From Anaerolineaceae bacterium (GTDB lineage: Bacteria; Chloroflexota; Anaerolineae; Anaerolineales; Anaerolineaceae): a DNA stretch of 64,000 nucleotides. The translations under genes and the position numbers were made by a program. Every line of letters begins with the position of its first letter. The first letter of the stretch is position 1. This document shows positions 1 to 9,114 of the stretch, in pieces. Where the stretch lies: NCBI GenBank assembly GCA_016841365.1, contig JAENZI010000001.1, positions 379,639 to 443,638 on the forward strand. The letters run 5' to 3'. The notes under the pieces were generated by a model, which searched no databases, was not told the DNA's origin, and worked only from the letters and a program-made list of their open reading frames with translations.

Positions 1-8
1 GATAAGAC

Positions 9-3000
9 ATGAAGAAGAAAATTCGTAAGTACGGACAAAGGTTCTCGAGAGGATTGAAAATCCTGATCACCTTTGTCATTTTGTTTGCCGTCTTGCTGCC
101 ATCGGTTTTGGTCTTGGCAGATGACGGTACGATCTTCCGCCGGAATGTTTCAGACACACCTGAATATGAGACGGAGCATGCCGGGTTGCGCATGCTGCCA
201 GTATACGTGCCTGCTCAGGCGGCTGATGGCACCCTGCTTGTGGATGCTACCGATATTTACAATGCTGATGGTGGACTTTATGAGGAACGGGATTACGTTC
301 AGCCGTTGATCGTGCACTATGTGGATGGCCCTGTTGTGGTGCCTGAAGACTCGGGCGGTTTCCCCGGGCATGGCGAACGCGATGCTTTTGCAGGCGTCAG
401 CCTGGATGGCGGACTGACCTGGAAGACCACCAACCTGTCTAAATCGGCAGACCTTTCCTCCTTCAAGTTTAAGGATGGGAAGACCGTTGTGAAGTATCCT
501 GGTGACGTCGGTCGTAGCTTTATTTCTTCCGATGGCAACCAGGTGATGGTGGTATGGGTCTCGCGTTATGCTGGCGGCGGCAGCCCGACCTATGCCATGC
601 TTCCTGAAGAACGTGCGGCAGTCGCTGACTACTTGGTGACGAAGGGTGTCATAACCGATGCCACCGCCTGTACTGACGGGGATCTGATCACCACACCTTG
701 CCCTTACCTTGAAGATCATTTTGGAGTTGCGGGCTCGCAAGGCTCTTCTGATTTGGCGGATGAAGGCTATCCGACCGTTGGTATCCTGCCCTATGCGGCG
801 CTTTGGGTTTCACGCGGTGTGTTGATGCCGCCAGCAGCTGAAGGCGAACCCAGTAACTTCGTGTGGTTCAAGCCCGAGCGGCTCAGCTCAGCAAAACGTG
901 ATGCCAATCGACCAGAAGTTGCTTGTGTCAAAGGCGCTGGCTGCGCGCTGACCTGGCAGGAAGACCCCTTAGGCATCCGTCCCGGTGACGGCGAAGGCCC
1001 CGGCGAAGGCTGGAGCGGCGCTGTGGCTCACCACGAGACCGACATCTGGTATTCCTATATTGACTGGGAAGATTTCTCATTGGTTGCGGCTACAGAGGGC
1101 TACGGCAGCTTATATAACGAGACCGGCGACCTGGCGACCTGGGTTGCTGAAAACGAATTTGGTTCCCCCAGTGCCGCCATCCCGATGGCGATGCCCGTGC
1201 GCGTCAGCGATGATGCCATGTGTCAGCTAGATGACAGTGATCCCTACTGCTTTGTGGATTTTGACGGCAGCGGTACAGCCGATTTTTGCGCGAGCACCGT
1301 TACTGTTGTCACAGACACGCCTGAAGGACCGGATCAAACCATTGAAATGTGCGTGGCTGAAGACGGCCGCCTGATGCGTGGCAACACTGCCTCCACCCGA
1401 GCCCGCCTGGGTCTGCACGGCTACTCCTCTTTAGGCTTGTACGATCCAACTCAACCTGAACTGTACCCCATAGACAGTGCCTGGTTCTATACCCTTTACG
1501 AAGAGAGCAAGGGTTTGGGCGATGAGGGTGAGGACGAAGTCGTCCCTGAGGATCTGATTGAAAAGGTGGATATGGGCAAGAACGTCTGGTATCACACCTT
1601 TGACATGAACACCCCTGAAATGGTCTCGCAAGGCTTGATGATAAACCAGCCAGCGATTTACATGGAGGACTTCACTAACCCTGAGGGCTTCCTGACGCCT
1701 TATGGCGATTTGGGTTACAACTTCTACCAGATCGACCCCGACCCGGTGTATGAGACCCTGGCAGGGCTGGAGACCACATTGCTGCAGTCTGAAATTGCAC
1801 GGCGCCCCAGCAACATCTCTCAAGATTGGTATGATGCCGGCTTGACGGGCACCGTTGCCTTCCAAACCTGGAAGCAGGGTATCATCCGGCGCGGCGGCCC
1901 TGCCGATGTGATGGCACGCCGCTTTGTGATGCCAGTGGTAGAGGGTGATGAGGTATGTGAGGATGTTTACACGCTTTGCACAACCACATACGAACAATGC
2001 ACGACCACATACGAATACTTGACTATCACACAGGAGTGTCACACTGAAGAAGTCTGGGTTCCTTATGCGGCTAATCCTGCATACAAGCCGAATGCTTCTT
2101 GTGAATTAAAACCTGATCAATTGAAATGTTATCCATATATTGATCTAAACGATAATCCAACCTATGATGAAGGTTACTATGAAACACAGGATGTCTGTGA
2201 GGATGTTGAGACCTGGGAGACTGTTGAAATCTGTGACATAAGCGATGAAGCCTGCAGGTCGGAAACTATCTGTGAGCCCACGGATTGGTGCGATATCAAT
2301 GAGGATGGCTGTACGGCAACCGAAACCTGTGAAACTGTGGATTTGTGTGATGTTAATGACGCAGGATGCACCATGGAAGAGGATTGCACTGGTGGTGGCA
2401 CGATTGATATTCTCGCGAACCCCTACGACTATGCCAATATGGAATGTGTCAATGCGGACGGGACTTCAGGCTGGGCGTTTACTGACGGATTAAACCCACG
2501 CTATGTTAAGGGTCTGTGTGCCGCACCTCCGCTCAACATGTCCGGCAATACCATCCTGACCAGTGAGACATGCGGTGATGCGGCCACCTGTTTGGAAGCA
2601 TTCCCCTTCAATGAATACTTTGACGATAAGGACATGACCGACGCTGACCCGATCTCCAAGATCTACACTTGGGAGATGTACGGCCCCGGATACGGTGAGA
2701 CACCCCCTGATAACAGCAACCTGGATGACACCACCTGGGAGAACCCTTACGACATGGCTAAAGGACACCGCGGCTTCATGACTGGCGATATGGTCATGCT
2801 GCTGTATGCCTGGACGCCTAACTGGAATGCCCTGACCGGCGGTCACGATGTGGTCAACCTGTACATCCGCCGCTCCTTCGACGGCGGCGTTACCTGGAGC
2901 ACCTTGCCAGCCAGCTTTACACACACCAACGAAATCACCTACAGCGGCGATGGTACGACCACCTGTGAGTGGATGGATCCTGAAGGTGAGGAAACACCGG

Positions 3001-3581
3001 ATTGTGTAGACTATGCTGCCGGCCAATTTGAACAGGCACGCAACGTCTCACAATTGCTGGGCTCATCCGTGACGGTGATCGACCCCCGGTATGCCCCCAC
3101 CACCCGCAGTATCACCGAAGCCTCCGTGACGACAGCATCCTTGCCGGTTGGATTTACGGCACCGCTTTACCTGGATGACACCCGCGATCCCTCACGTTAT
3201 TTCATTGTCTACGAGACGGGTCTCAATAGTGCCTACGATGAAGGTGAAGCAACACCATTGGATTTGTTCTACAGCCGTGCGGTTGATTGGGGTGATGATT
3301 ACCTGGTCTGGCAGGACATCGCCGATACCTCCGCTTGCTTGCCTTCTGCTGATGGTGATGATGAGTTTGATCTGACGGGTTTCTGCAATGAGTATGATGC
3401 CCTGGAGGGCGACCGCTTGAACGAATCGGGTGAAGCCTCCATCATGGGCAGTCCCGGTGGTATGTTCCTGCAAGCGACCTGGAACCAGATCGATTTCACC
3501 ATGGATGGTGTTGAAATTCTCTCGGATGCCATCTGGCGAAGGGTGTTGTTCCTGGATGATTACGTACCTCCATTGGAGTAA
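9..3581 (+). CDS. Large secreted/surface acidic protein, resembles choice-of-anchor O family, with a Cys-rich insertion
   Basis: 1190-aa ORF. Basic N-region plus hydrophobic signal segment, very D/E-rich. Motifs SLDGGLTWKTTNLSKSAD, TWQEDPLGIRPGDGEGPGEGWSGA, KQGIIRRGGPAD and LYIRRSFDGGVTW (Asp-box-like) match my recollection of this family; not confirmed by search. Confidence 0.6.
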   Translation: MKKKIRKYGQRFSRGLKILITFVILFAVLLPSVLVLADDGTIFRRNVSDTPEYETEHAGLRMLPVYVPAQAADGTLLVDATDIYNADGGLYEERDYVQPLIVHYVDGPVVVPEDSGGFPGHGERDAFAGVSLDGGLTWKTTNLSKSADLSSFKFKDGKTVVKYPGDVGRSFISSDGNQVMVVWVSRYAGGGSPTYAMLPEERAAVADYLVTKGVITDATACTDGDLITTPCPYLEDHFGVAGSQGSSDLADEGYPTVGILPYAALWVSRGVLMPPAAEGEPSNFVWFKPERLSSAKRDANRPEVACVKGAGCALTWQEDPLGIRPGDGEGPGEGWSGAVAHHETDIWYSYIDWEDFSLVAATEGYGSLYNETGDLATWVAENEFGSPSAAIPMAMPVRVSDDAMCQLDDSDPYCFVDFDGSGTADFCASTVTVVTDTPEGPDQTIEMCVAEDGRLMRGNTASTRARLGLHGYSSLGLYDPTQPELYPIDSAWFYTLYEESKGLGDEGEDEVVPEDLIEKVDMGKNVWYHTFDMNTPEMVSQGLMINQPAIYMEDFTNPEGFLTPYGDLGYNFYQIDPDPVYETLAGLETTLLQSEIARRPSNISQDWYDAGLTGTVAFQTWKQGIIRRGGPADVMARRFVMPVVEGDEVCEDVYTLCTTTYEQCTTTYEYLTITQECHTEEVWVPYAANPAYKPNASCELKPDQLKCYPYIDLNDNPTYDEGYYETQDVCEDVETWETVEICDISDEACRSETICEPTDWCDINEDGCTATETCETVDLCDVNDAGCTMEEDCTGGGTIDILANPYDYANMECVNADGTSGWAFTDGLNPRYVKGLCAAPPLNMSGNTILTSETCGDAATCLEAFPFNEYFDDKDMTDADPISKIYTWEMYGPGYGETPPDNSNLDDTTWENPYDMAKGHRGFMTGDMVMLLYAWTPNWNALTGGHDVVNLYIRRSFDGGVTWSTLPASFTHTNEITYSGDGTTTCEWMDPEGEETPDCVDYAAGQFEQARNVSQLLGSSVTVIDPRYAPTTRSITEASVTTASLPVGFTAPLYLDDTRDPSRYFIVYETGLNSAYDEGEATPLDLFYSRAVDWGDDYLVWQDIADTSACLPSADGDDEFDLTGFCNEYDALEGDRLNESGEASIMGSPGGMFLQATWNQIDFTMDGVEILSDAIWRRVLFLDDYVPPLE

Positions 3582-3644
3582 ACGATGATCGGTTGAGGCA
3601 ACTGAAGTAACCGTTCGCCCCGATCAATCTCTCAACCACAAATC

Positions 3645-3673
3645 AAGCCACCCGCATTGCGGGTGGCTTTTTT
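3645..3673. terminator. Intrinsic terminator between convergent genes
   Basis: aagccacccgca-t-tgcgggtggctt inverted repeat followed by a T-run on +. Confidence 0.85.
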
Positions 3674-3737
3674 ATGTCTATTTAGTTGTTTTGCTGCTCA
3701 TGTGCAGCCAAAGTGAAATTCTATTGTTGCTTCAGAC

Positions 3738-5690
3738 TTAATAAACGGTGAAGATGCTTTCTGCTGTCCCGGGCTGGTAACCATCTTTGTCAGCGGTCAC
3801 GGATAGGGCGTATTGGCCGTTGCCGGTCTTGCGGACGATGACTTTGTAATCAAAACTGACGGTGCCATCTGCAGCAGTGGTGCCTTTGAGGGTTTGGGGC
3901 TTAAACTGCGTGGATTCAATCGTCACGGTCACTGCGGCACCTTCGACAGGGTTGACGCCATCGGTCACGAATATCTCGATCGGGACGGTATCGCGGTCTG
4001 TGAATTGTGCGGCATGTTCAGGGCTGGTGATTGTCACCACAAGCTCGTCTTCCGTTGGGGGTGGGGGTGTCAGTTCTTCAAGATAGTCAAGCGCAAGCAC
4101 AGCCTGCACCAGGCCAAACCCGAAGGCGATATCCCGTTCATCATCGCCTAAATCAAGGGCGGTCATGGTCATTGCTTCACGGACTTGCTCATTTGTCCAG
4201 TCCGGGTTAGCCGACCAAATCAGGGCTGCCACGCCGGCAACATGCGGGGTCGCCATGGAGGTTCCGCCCCAGGCTTCATAGCCGTTACCTGGTTTTTCAA
4301 GCACGCTGGAGACGGTCGCTGGCAAGCCAACTTTTCCGAGCATCGCCAGGCCGTTTTCCATCGTTGTGCTCACAGAAATGATCTCAGATGTATTGCCTTC
4401 CCCCAGGGTGGCATACAGGTCTTCATTTTCGACATTATTATAAATGACCGCTGCCACGCCGCCGCTGTTCTGAACATTCATTGTTTTCTGATAGAAATCA
4501 TTGGTTCCGCGACTGCATAATACGACATTACCCGCCCAATCGCCTGTGGCGGTGCATAAACCCCCGTCCACCAGCGTGCCGTTGGCTGTGCCATAAGCAG
4601 CATATTCTGTATGATTGACTTTATATTCAGTCCCGTCAACCGTAACGGAATTTGTTTCAATGTAGGGTAGTGTGGAGAGCACTCCTACGCCCGGTGCTGC
4701 CAGCTCGACGGGTTCATTCTGGGCTGAGAAATCTGCAATTGAAAGGTTTGCGTCGAGCGCGGCTACTGCGATGACGGACTCATAGGATGCCGGGTAGTGA
4801 AGGACGCCGGGTTCTTCTACCTGATGGTTCCCGGCAGCGGCCACATGCAGGATTCCGGCGGCATACAGCTCGTCAAAGGCTTGCTGTTCTTTGGTATTGG
4901 AACCGCTACCGCTCAGGCTCATGCTGATCACATTTGCGCCGGCGGATTGGCATTCGTAAATCGCGGCTGTCAGGTCTGACGCATGGGCTTTGCTGACCCA
5001 AGCGCCAGCGTCATCGAAGATCTTCACGATATGCAGGTCGACCATGCCAGGGCTGACGCCAACCACCCCGTAATCATTGTTGAGGGCTGAGATGGTGCCG
5101 GCGACGTGCGTGCCGTGTCCGTAACCATCCCGGGTCCAGTCATCATCAACCTGGGATATACCGGTCACACCATCAACCTTATCTAACAGGTCCTCGTGAT
5201 CGGCATAATAACCGGTGTCGATGATGCAGACCTTCCTGCCCTCACCGCTGGGGGTGCCAGGTTCAACAACAGTATTACCGTCCGGGTCCCAAACCTCACG
5301 GGCTTGCACGGCATCAATCCCCCAAGGGATGGTCTGCCCATTAAAGTCAAGAGCGTCCTCGAATTGGGAGTTAAAATGTACACGGACGGGTTCAACGGGA
5401 TAGCGTTCGGGGTCATTTTCAACGGCGGTCACGAAGGGGTTACGCAAGATGCCGTTGAGCGCTGCTGCCGGCATGCTGACGACATAAGCCTCCAACTCGG
5501 GGAAGTCATAGTGCACGCTGGCGTTCTCACGTGTCAGCGTTTGGAAGACTTCTGCCTTGCGGCCGCTTTGGTAGGTGACCCAAACCCGCACGGTATCCTG
5601 TGCATCGGCTTTGACGGAGATGGCTGTAGTGAAAAGGATCGTCAATAATAAAAACACGGATAAGACTAAATACTTTTTGGAAACATTCAT
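3738..5690 (-). CDS. Secreted S8 subtilisin-like serine protease with propeptide, PA insert and C-terminal Ig-like domain
   Basis: Signal peptide; catalytic motifs IIDTG, GHGTHVAG and GTSMATPHVAG; PA-domain segment VVLCSRG...AAVIYNN. Confidence 0.92.
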   Translation of the reverse strand: MNVSKKYLVLSVFLLLTILFTTAISVKADAQDTVRVWVTYQSGRKAEVFQTLTRENASVHYDFPELEAYVVSMPAAALNGILRNPFVTAVENDPERYPVEPVRVHFNSQFEDALDFNGQTIPWGIDAVQAREVWDPDGNTVVEPGTPSGEGRKVCIIDTGYYADHEDLLDKVDGVTGISQVDDDWTRDGYGHGTHVAGTISALNNDYGVVGVSPGMVDLHIVKIFDDAGAWVSKAHASDLTAAIYECQSAGANVISMSLSGSGSNTKEQQAFDELYAAGILHVAAAGNHQVEEPGVLHYPASYESVIAVAALDANLSIADFSAQNEPVELAAPGVGVLSTLPYIETNSVTVDGTEYKVNHTEYAAYGTANGTLVDGGLCTATGDWAGNVVLCSRGTNDFYQKTMNVQNSGGVAAVIYNNVENEDLYATLGEGNTSEIISVSTTMENGLAMLGKVGLPATVSSVLEKPGNGYEAWGGTSMATPHVAGVAALIWSANPDWTNEQVREAMTMTALDLGDDERDIAFGFGLVQAVLALDYLEELTPPPPTEDELVVTITSPEHAAQFTDRDTVPIEIFVTDGVNPVEGAAVTVTIESTQFKPQTLKGTTAADGTVSFDYKVIVRKTGNGQYALSVTADKDGYQPGTAESIFTVY

Positions 5691-5967
5691 TTTTGCCTCC
5701 TAAAAAATTGGTTGATAAACCCATTATAACCCAAATTTATTAGTTCTTATTAAATCAATACTGCTTGATGTCCGAAATTTTAATCATTGGCTGGCGACAT
5801 CACTTCAAGATGAAATAGGTAAAAGGAAGCCAATAAACACAAGGTAGACAGCAAATTTGAATCGTGCGGGGATGATTTGTCGCGTTTCTGTATTTCAATC
5901 GAGTGAGAAACCAAGAATTTTATTCACGATCCTCAGGTGCTTTCTGGAGATTGATATAATTAAGCCT

Positions 5968-6573
5968 ATGTTGAGATATTCGCGTGATCAAATCAAGGCG
6001 GCGGTCGATGCTTACCAGATGCAGCAGCAGGCGCGGTATGCTGAGATCTTTACATTAAAAGAAATTAAGCGTCTTCGTCCTTCAGCGGTGCTAATCCCGC
6101 TTTTGAAGCATGAGGGGCGCTGGCATGTTCTATTGACTCAGCGTTCTCAAAACCTTCTTGAGCATCGCGGGCAGGTCGCATTTCCTGGTGGGGCGCGTGA
6201 GAGGGGAGATGCTGATCTGCAAGCAACCGCACTGCGTGAAATGCATGAGGAGATTGGCGTTGCCCCTGCTGATGTAGACCTTTACGGATATCTGGGTGAT
6301 ATGCCGGTCATCACGGGTTACATGGTGCGGGTGTTTGTGGGTGAGATTCCCTGGCCTTATGAACTAGAGATCAATGCTGATGAAGTTGAAAGCGCATTTA
6401 TCATCCCGTTGGATTGGCTGCTGGATCCGGTTCATCGCACGGTGCAGTATCGCAGCTATGCGGGTAGGGAGATCCCTGTGATTTACTTTGATCTCTTTGA
6501 GGGGCATCAACTGTGGGGTGCCAGCGCTGAAATGACCGTTGCCTTGCTTGAGGCGCTTCAGTCCATCCAATAG
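5968..6573 (+). CDS. Nudix hydrolase, CoA pyrophosphatase type
   Basis: LLTQRS..LLEHRGQVAFPGG followed by the Nudix box ALREMHEEIG. Start moved from 5857 to the ATG at 5968. Confidence 0.88.
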   Translation: MLRYSRDQIKAAVDAYQMQQQARYAEIFTLKEIKRLRPSAVLIPLLKHEGRWHVLLTQRSQNLLEHRGQVAFPGGARERGDADLQATALREMHEEIGVAPADVDLYGYLGDMPVITGYMVRVFVGEIPWPYELEINADEVESAFIIPLDWLLDPVHRTVQYRSYAGREIPVIYFDLFEGHQLWGASAEMTVALLEALQSIQ

Positions 6574-6590
6574 TCCTGGCATATAGAAAT

Positions 6591-6621
6591 AAAAAAAGAT
6601 GCCTGTGAAGGCATCTTTTTT
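6591..6621. terminator. Bidirectional intrinsic terminator
   Basis: aaaaaaagatgcc-tgtgaa-ggcatctttttt between convergent Nudix and rplY genes. Confidence 0.88.
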
Positions 6622-6643
6622 GTAATTAATTTGAGTTTTCCGA

Positions 6644-7336
6644 TCAGTCTTCTTCGGAGTCGAACTCGTCTTCTTTCTTGCCTTTTTCGATGACTTCAGG
6701 TTCGACATCTTCGTCGAGAAGCTCTGCGAATTCGGCTTCTTCTTCCTCTTCTTCTTCCTCTTCCTCAATCGTCACGTAGGTTACGCCGGCGATCAATTCA
6801 TCGGGGTCGGTGAGGACTTCGTATGTATCCGGCAGGTCAAGGTCTCGCACGTAGATCGCGCTTTCCATGTCCACCAATACTGTCGCATCCACCTCAATGC
6901 GCTCGGGCATGTCTTGCGGGAGACATTCGATTTCAAGTTCTGAAATACCTGTGACCACAACGGCAGCCATGTTGATCTCGGCGGGTGCCTGGCCGATCAG
7001 TTCGATCGGGACTGCGGTCTGGAATTTCTCGGTGAGGGAAACGGCCATGAAGTCCACATGGCGCAAGGTGCCATAGATCACGTCTTTTTGAGCTTCACGC
7101 AACACAACGGGATATTCTTCGCCTTCTACATCCAGCGAGACGAGGCTTGACCCCGTCAGTCGGTTGATCGTCTTTGAGGCTTCGTGGAGATCCATCTGGA
7201 TCATGATCGGTTCGATTTGTTCTTTGCCGATCCGCCCGTAAATGATCCCGGGCAAGAGACCTTCCCGTCGTAAACTGCTAACCTGTTTTCCTTTGATCGT
7301 TCTTTTTTGTACTTCTAATGCAATTTTTTCAGACAT
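6644..7336 (-). CDS. rplY: 50S ribosomal protein L25/Ctc (TL5-type) with acidic tail
   Basis: LRREGLLPGIIYG and HVDFMAV motifs, C-terminal beta domain, poly-Glu tail. Confidence 0.93.
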   Translation of the reverse strand: MSEKIALEVQKRTIKGKQVSSLRREGLLPGIIYGRIGKEQIEPIMIQMDLHEASKTINRLTGSSLVSLDVEGEEYPVVLREAQKDVIYGTLRHVDFMAVSLTEKFQTAVPIELIGQAPAEINMAAVVVTGISELEIECLPQDMPERIEVDATVLVDMESAIYVRDLDLPDTYEVLTDPDELIAGVTYVTIEEEEEEEEEEAEFAELLDEDVEPEVIEKGKKEDEFDSEED

Positions 7337-7489
7337 TATTCCATCCTTCGAGCGCCTCTCACCCTTGATGCGTGGGTTACCTTCGCTCTCTGATTAAGTT
7401 GGGTTGATTGCTGGACAATCCAGCGACATTGAATTCTATCCGGATCGCAGTAAAAGGTCAAGGTAAATGGCACTTTAAGACTATTCACC

Positions 7490-7517
7490 TTGACAAACCT
7501 CGATATCGTGATATAAA
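7490..7517 (+). promoter_or_regulatory. Sigma70 promoter for the gamma-lyase operon
   Basis: TTGACA (7490-7495) and extended -10 TGaTATAAA (7509-7517). Confidence 0.8.
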
Positions 7518-7521
7518 TGAA

Positions 7522-7545
7522 GCAAACGTTTGCGTAAACGATTGC
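7522..7545. promoter_or_regulatory. Tandem LacI/PurR-type operators
   Basis: Perfect palindrome GCAAACGTTTGC (7522-7533) followed directly by GTAAACGATTGC (7534-7545). The same motif pair occurs upstream of the LacI gene at 21013-21037. Confidence 0.85.
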
Positions 7546-7817
7546 CTGAATTAATTAGCCTTATTGAAGTTTCCGCAACAATCAACAGAAACGCGAATTT
7601 TTATTGGTAGCAGCAACCAATAACAGCAACAATCTGATCAGCATTGATAGATTGGATGATTGTTTTAACCATTGATGTCACTTAGGCTTGTTGATGGATA
7701 GATGGGATGGTTTTCTTACCGATCTAAAAGGAGGTTTCGACACGGTTCTTGAACGACTGATCGATTTTGTTTTCTACACAGGCAACTTTTTTAAATAACT
7801 CTGGAGGAGCTTAATTA

Positions 7818-9017
7818 ATGACACACGATTTATCAAATAAGGGGTTTGCAACACGGCAGATTCACGCAGGCAGTATTGACATCCCAGGCATCAAGCCGCT
7901 GGCGACACCAATATTTCAGACGAGCACCTTCGTCTTTGATAGCGCTGCGCAAGGTGCTGCGCGGTTTGCTGGTGAAGAAGATGGCTTTATCTACACCCGT
8001 ATGGGTAATCCTAATCATGAGCAGGTAGGGCAGAAGATTGCCTCCCTCGAAAATGCCGAAGCCGGTCTGGTGCTCAGTTCGGGGATGGGTGCGATCAATA
8101 CTTGTTTGTTGACGATTCTGCGCAGTGGCGATCACCTGCTGGCTGATGAGACGCTGTATGGCGCAACATTTTCCTTCCTGGCAAAAGGCATGTCCCACTA
8201 TGGGATCGATGTGACCTTTACCGATTTTTCGGATATTGAAAACGTCACAGATAATATCAAACCCAATACCAAAGCGGTTTATTTTGAAACGCCTGCGAAC
8301 CCAACCTTGAAGGTTTTGGATCTTGAGCTGGTTGCGGATACCGTTCATGCCGTCAATCAAGACATCAAAGTGATTGTTGACAATACCTTCTGCACGCCTT
8401 ACATTCAACGCCCGATAGAACTGGGCGTGGATGTTGTGATTCATTCAGGGACCAAGTATTTGAACGGTCACGGCGATGTGATCAGCGGGATGATTTGCGG
8501 CACGAAAGAATTTGTCGGCCAGTGTAAGGATTTTGGCCTCAAATTGGTGACAGGCGCTGTTGTCAGCCCCTTTGACGCTTTCTTGATCAGTCGGGGTATG
8601 AAAACCCTGGATATCCGCATGGAAAAGCATTGCAGCAACGCCATGAAAGTGGCTGAGTTCCTCGAAGGGCATGAGAAGGTCGCTAAAGTGTATTATCCCG
8701 GTTTGCCAAGCTTCTCAGGTTATGAAATTGCTAAGAAACAGATGCGGCTCCCCGGCGGGATCATCACCTTTGAGTTGGACGCCACCAAGGAACAATCCGA
8801 ATCATTTATTAACACCCTTGAGTTGTGTTCTTTAGCAGTCAGCCTGGGTGATACCGAGACGCTCATCCAGCATCCGGCATCAATGACCCACGCCTCTTAT
8901 TCAAAAGAGGAATTGAAGGAAGCCAAAATATCTGAGAGCATGATTCGCCTTTCAGTCGGGTTAGAAACGGCTGAAGATATCATTGAGGATTTACGAGTCG
9001 GTTTGGATCGATTGTAG
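7818..9017 (+). CDS. PLP-dependent Cys/Met metabolism lyase (methionine gamma-lyase-like)
   Basis: PIFQTSTF, YTRMGNP, SSGMGAI, HSGTKYLNGHGD (PLP Lys) and IRLSVGLE motifs. Has LYGAT in place of the LYGCT of canonical MGL. Confidence 0.9.
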   Translation: MTHDLSNKGFATRQIHAGSIDIPGIKPLATPIFQTSTFVFDSAAQGAARFAGEEDGFIYTRMGNPNHEQVGQKIASLENAEAGLVLSSGMGAINTCLLTILRSGDHLLADETLYGATFSFLAKGMSHYGIDVTFTDFSDIENVTDNIKPNTKAVYFETPANPTLKVLDLELVADTVHAVNQDIKVIVDNTFCTPYIQRPIELGVDVVIHSGTKYLNGHGDVISGMICGTKEFVGQCKDFGLKLVTGAVVSPFDAFLISRGMKTLDIRMEKHCSNAMKVAEFLEGHEKVAKVYYPGLPSFSGYEIAKKQMRLPGGIITFELDATKEQSESFINTLELCSLAVSLGDTETLIQHPASMTHASYSKEELKEAKISESMIRLSVGLETAEDIIEDLRVGLDRL

Positions 9018-9055
9018 ATTAACCTTTCAATGATCAAACTTTATTAATACGATAT

Positions 9056-9092
9056 CAGTGCCAATTCTTATGAAAGGATTGGCACTGTTTTT
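9056..9092 (+). terminator. Terminator-like hairpin between the lyase and the ProC-like gene
   Basis: cagtgccaat...attggcactg stem followed by TTTTT. Confidence 0.6.
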
Positions 9093-9114
9093 ACCCTACA
9101 AGAAAAGGTAAATA

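Noticed and set aside
1977-2384. Possible CRISPR-like or VNTR array
   Set aside because: The repeats are in-frame, degenerate protein repeats without spacers.
6364-6768. 134-aa Lys/Arg-rich minus-strand ORF
   Set aside because: An alternative-frame reading of the Glu-rich rplY tail that runs across the terminator.
7546-7817. SAM (S-box) riboswitch before the methionine-lyase-like gene
   Set aside because: No S-box core (ATC...AGAG...GCAACC pattern with terminator) recognisable; the LacI operators explain the regulation.
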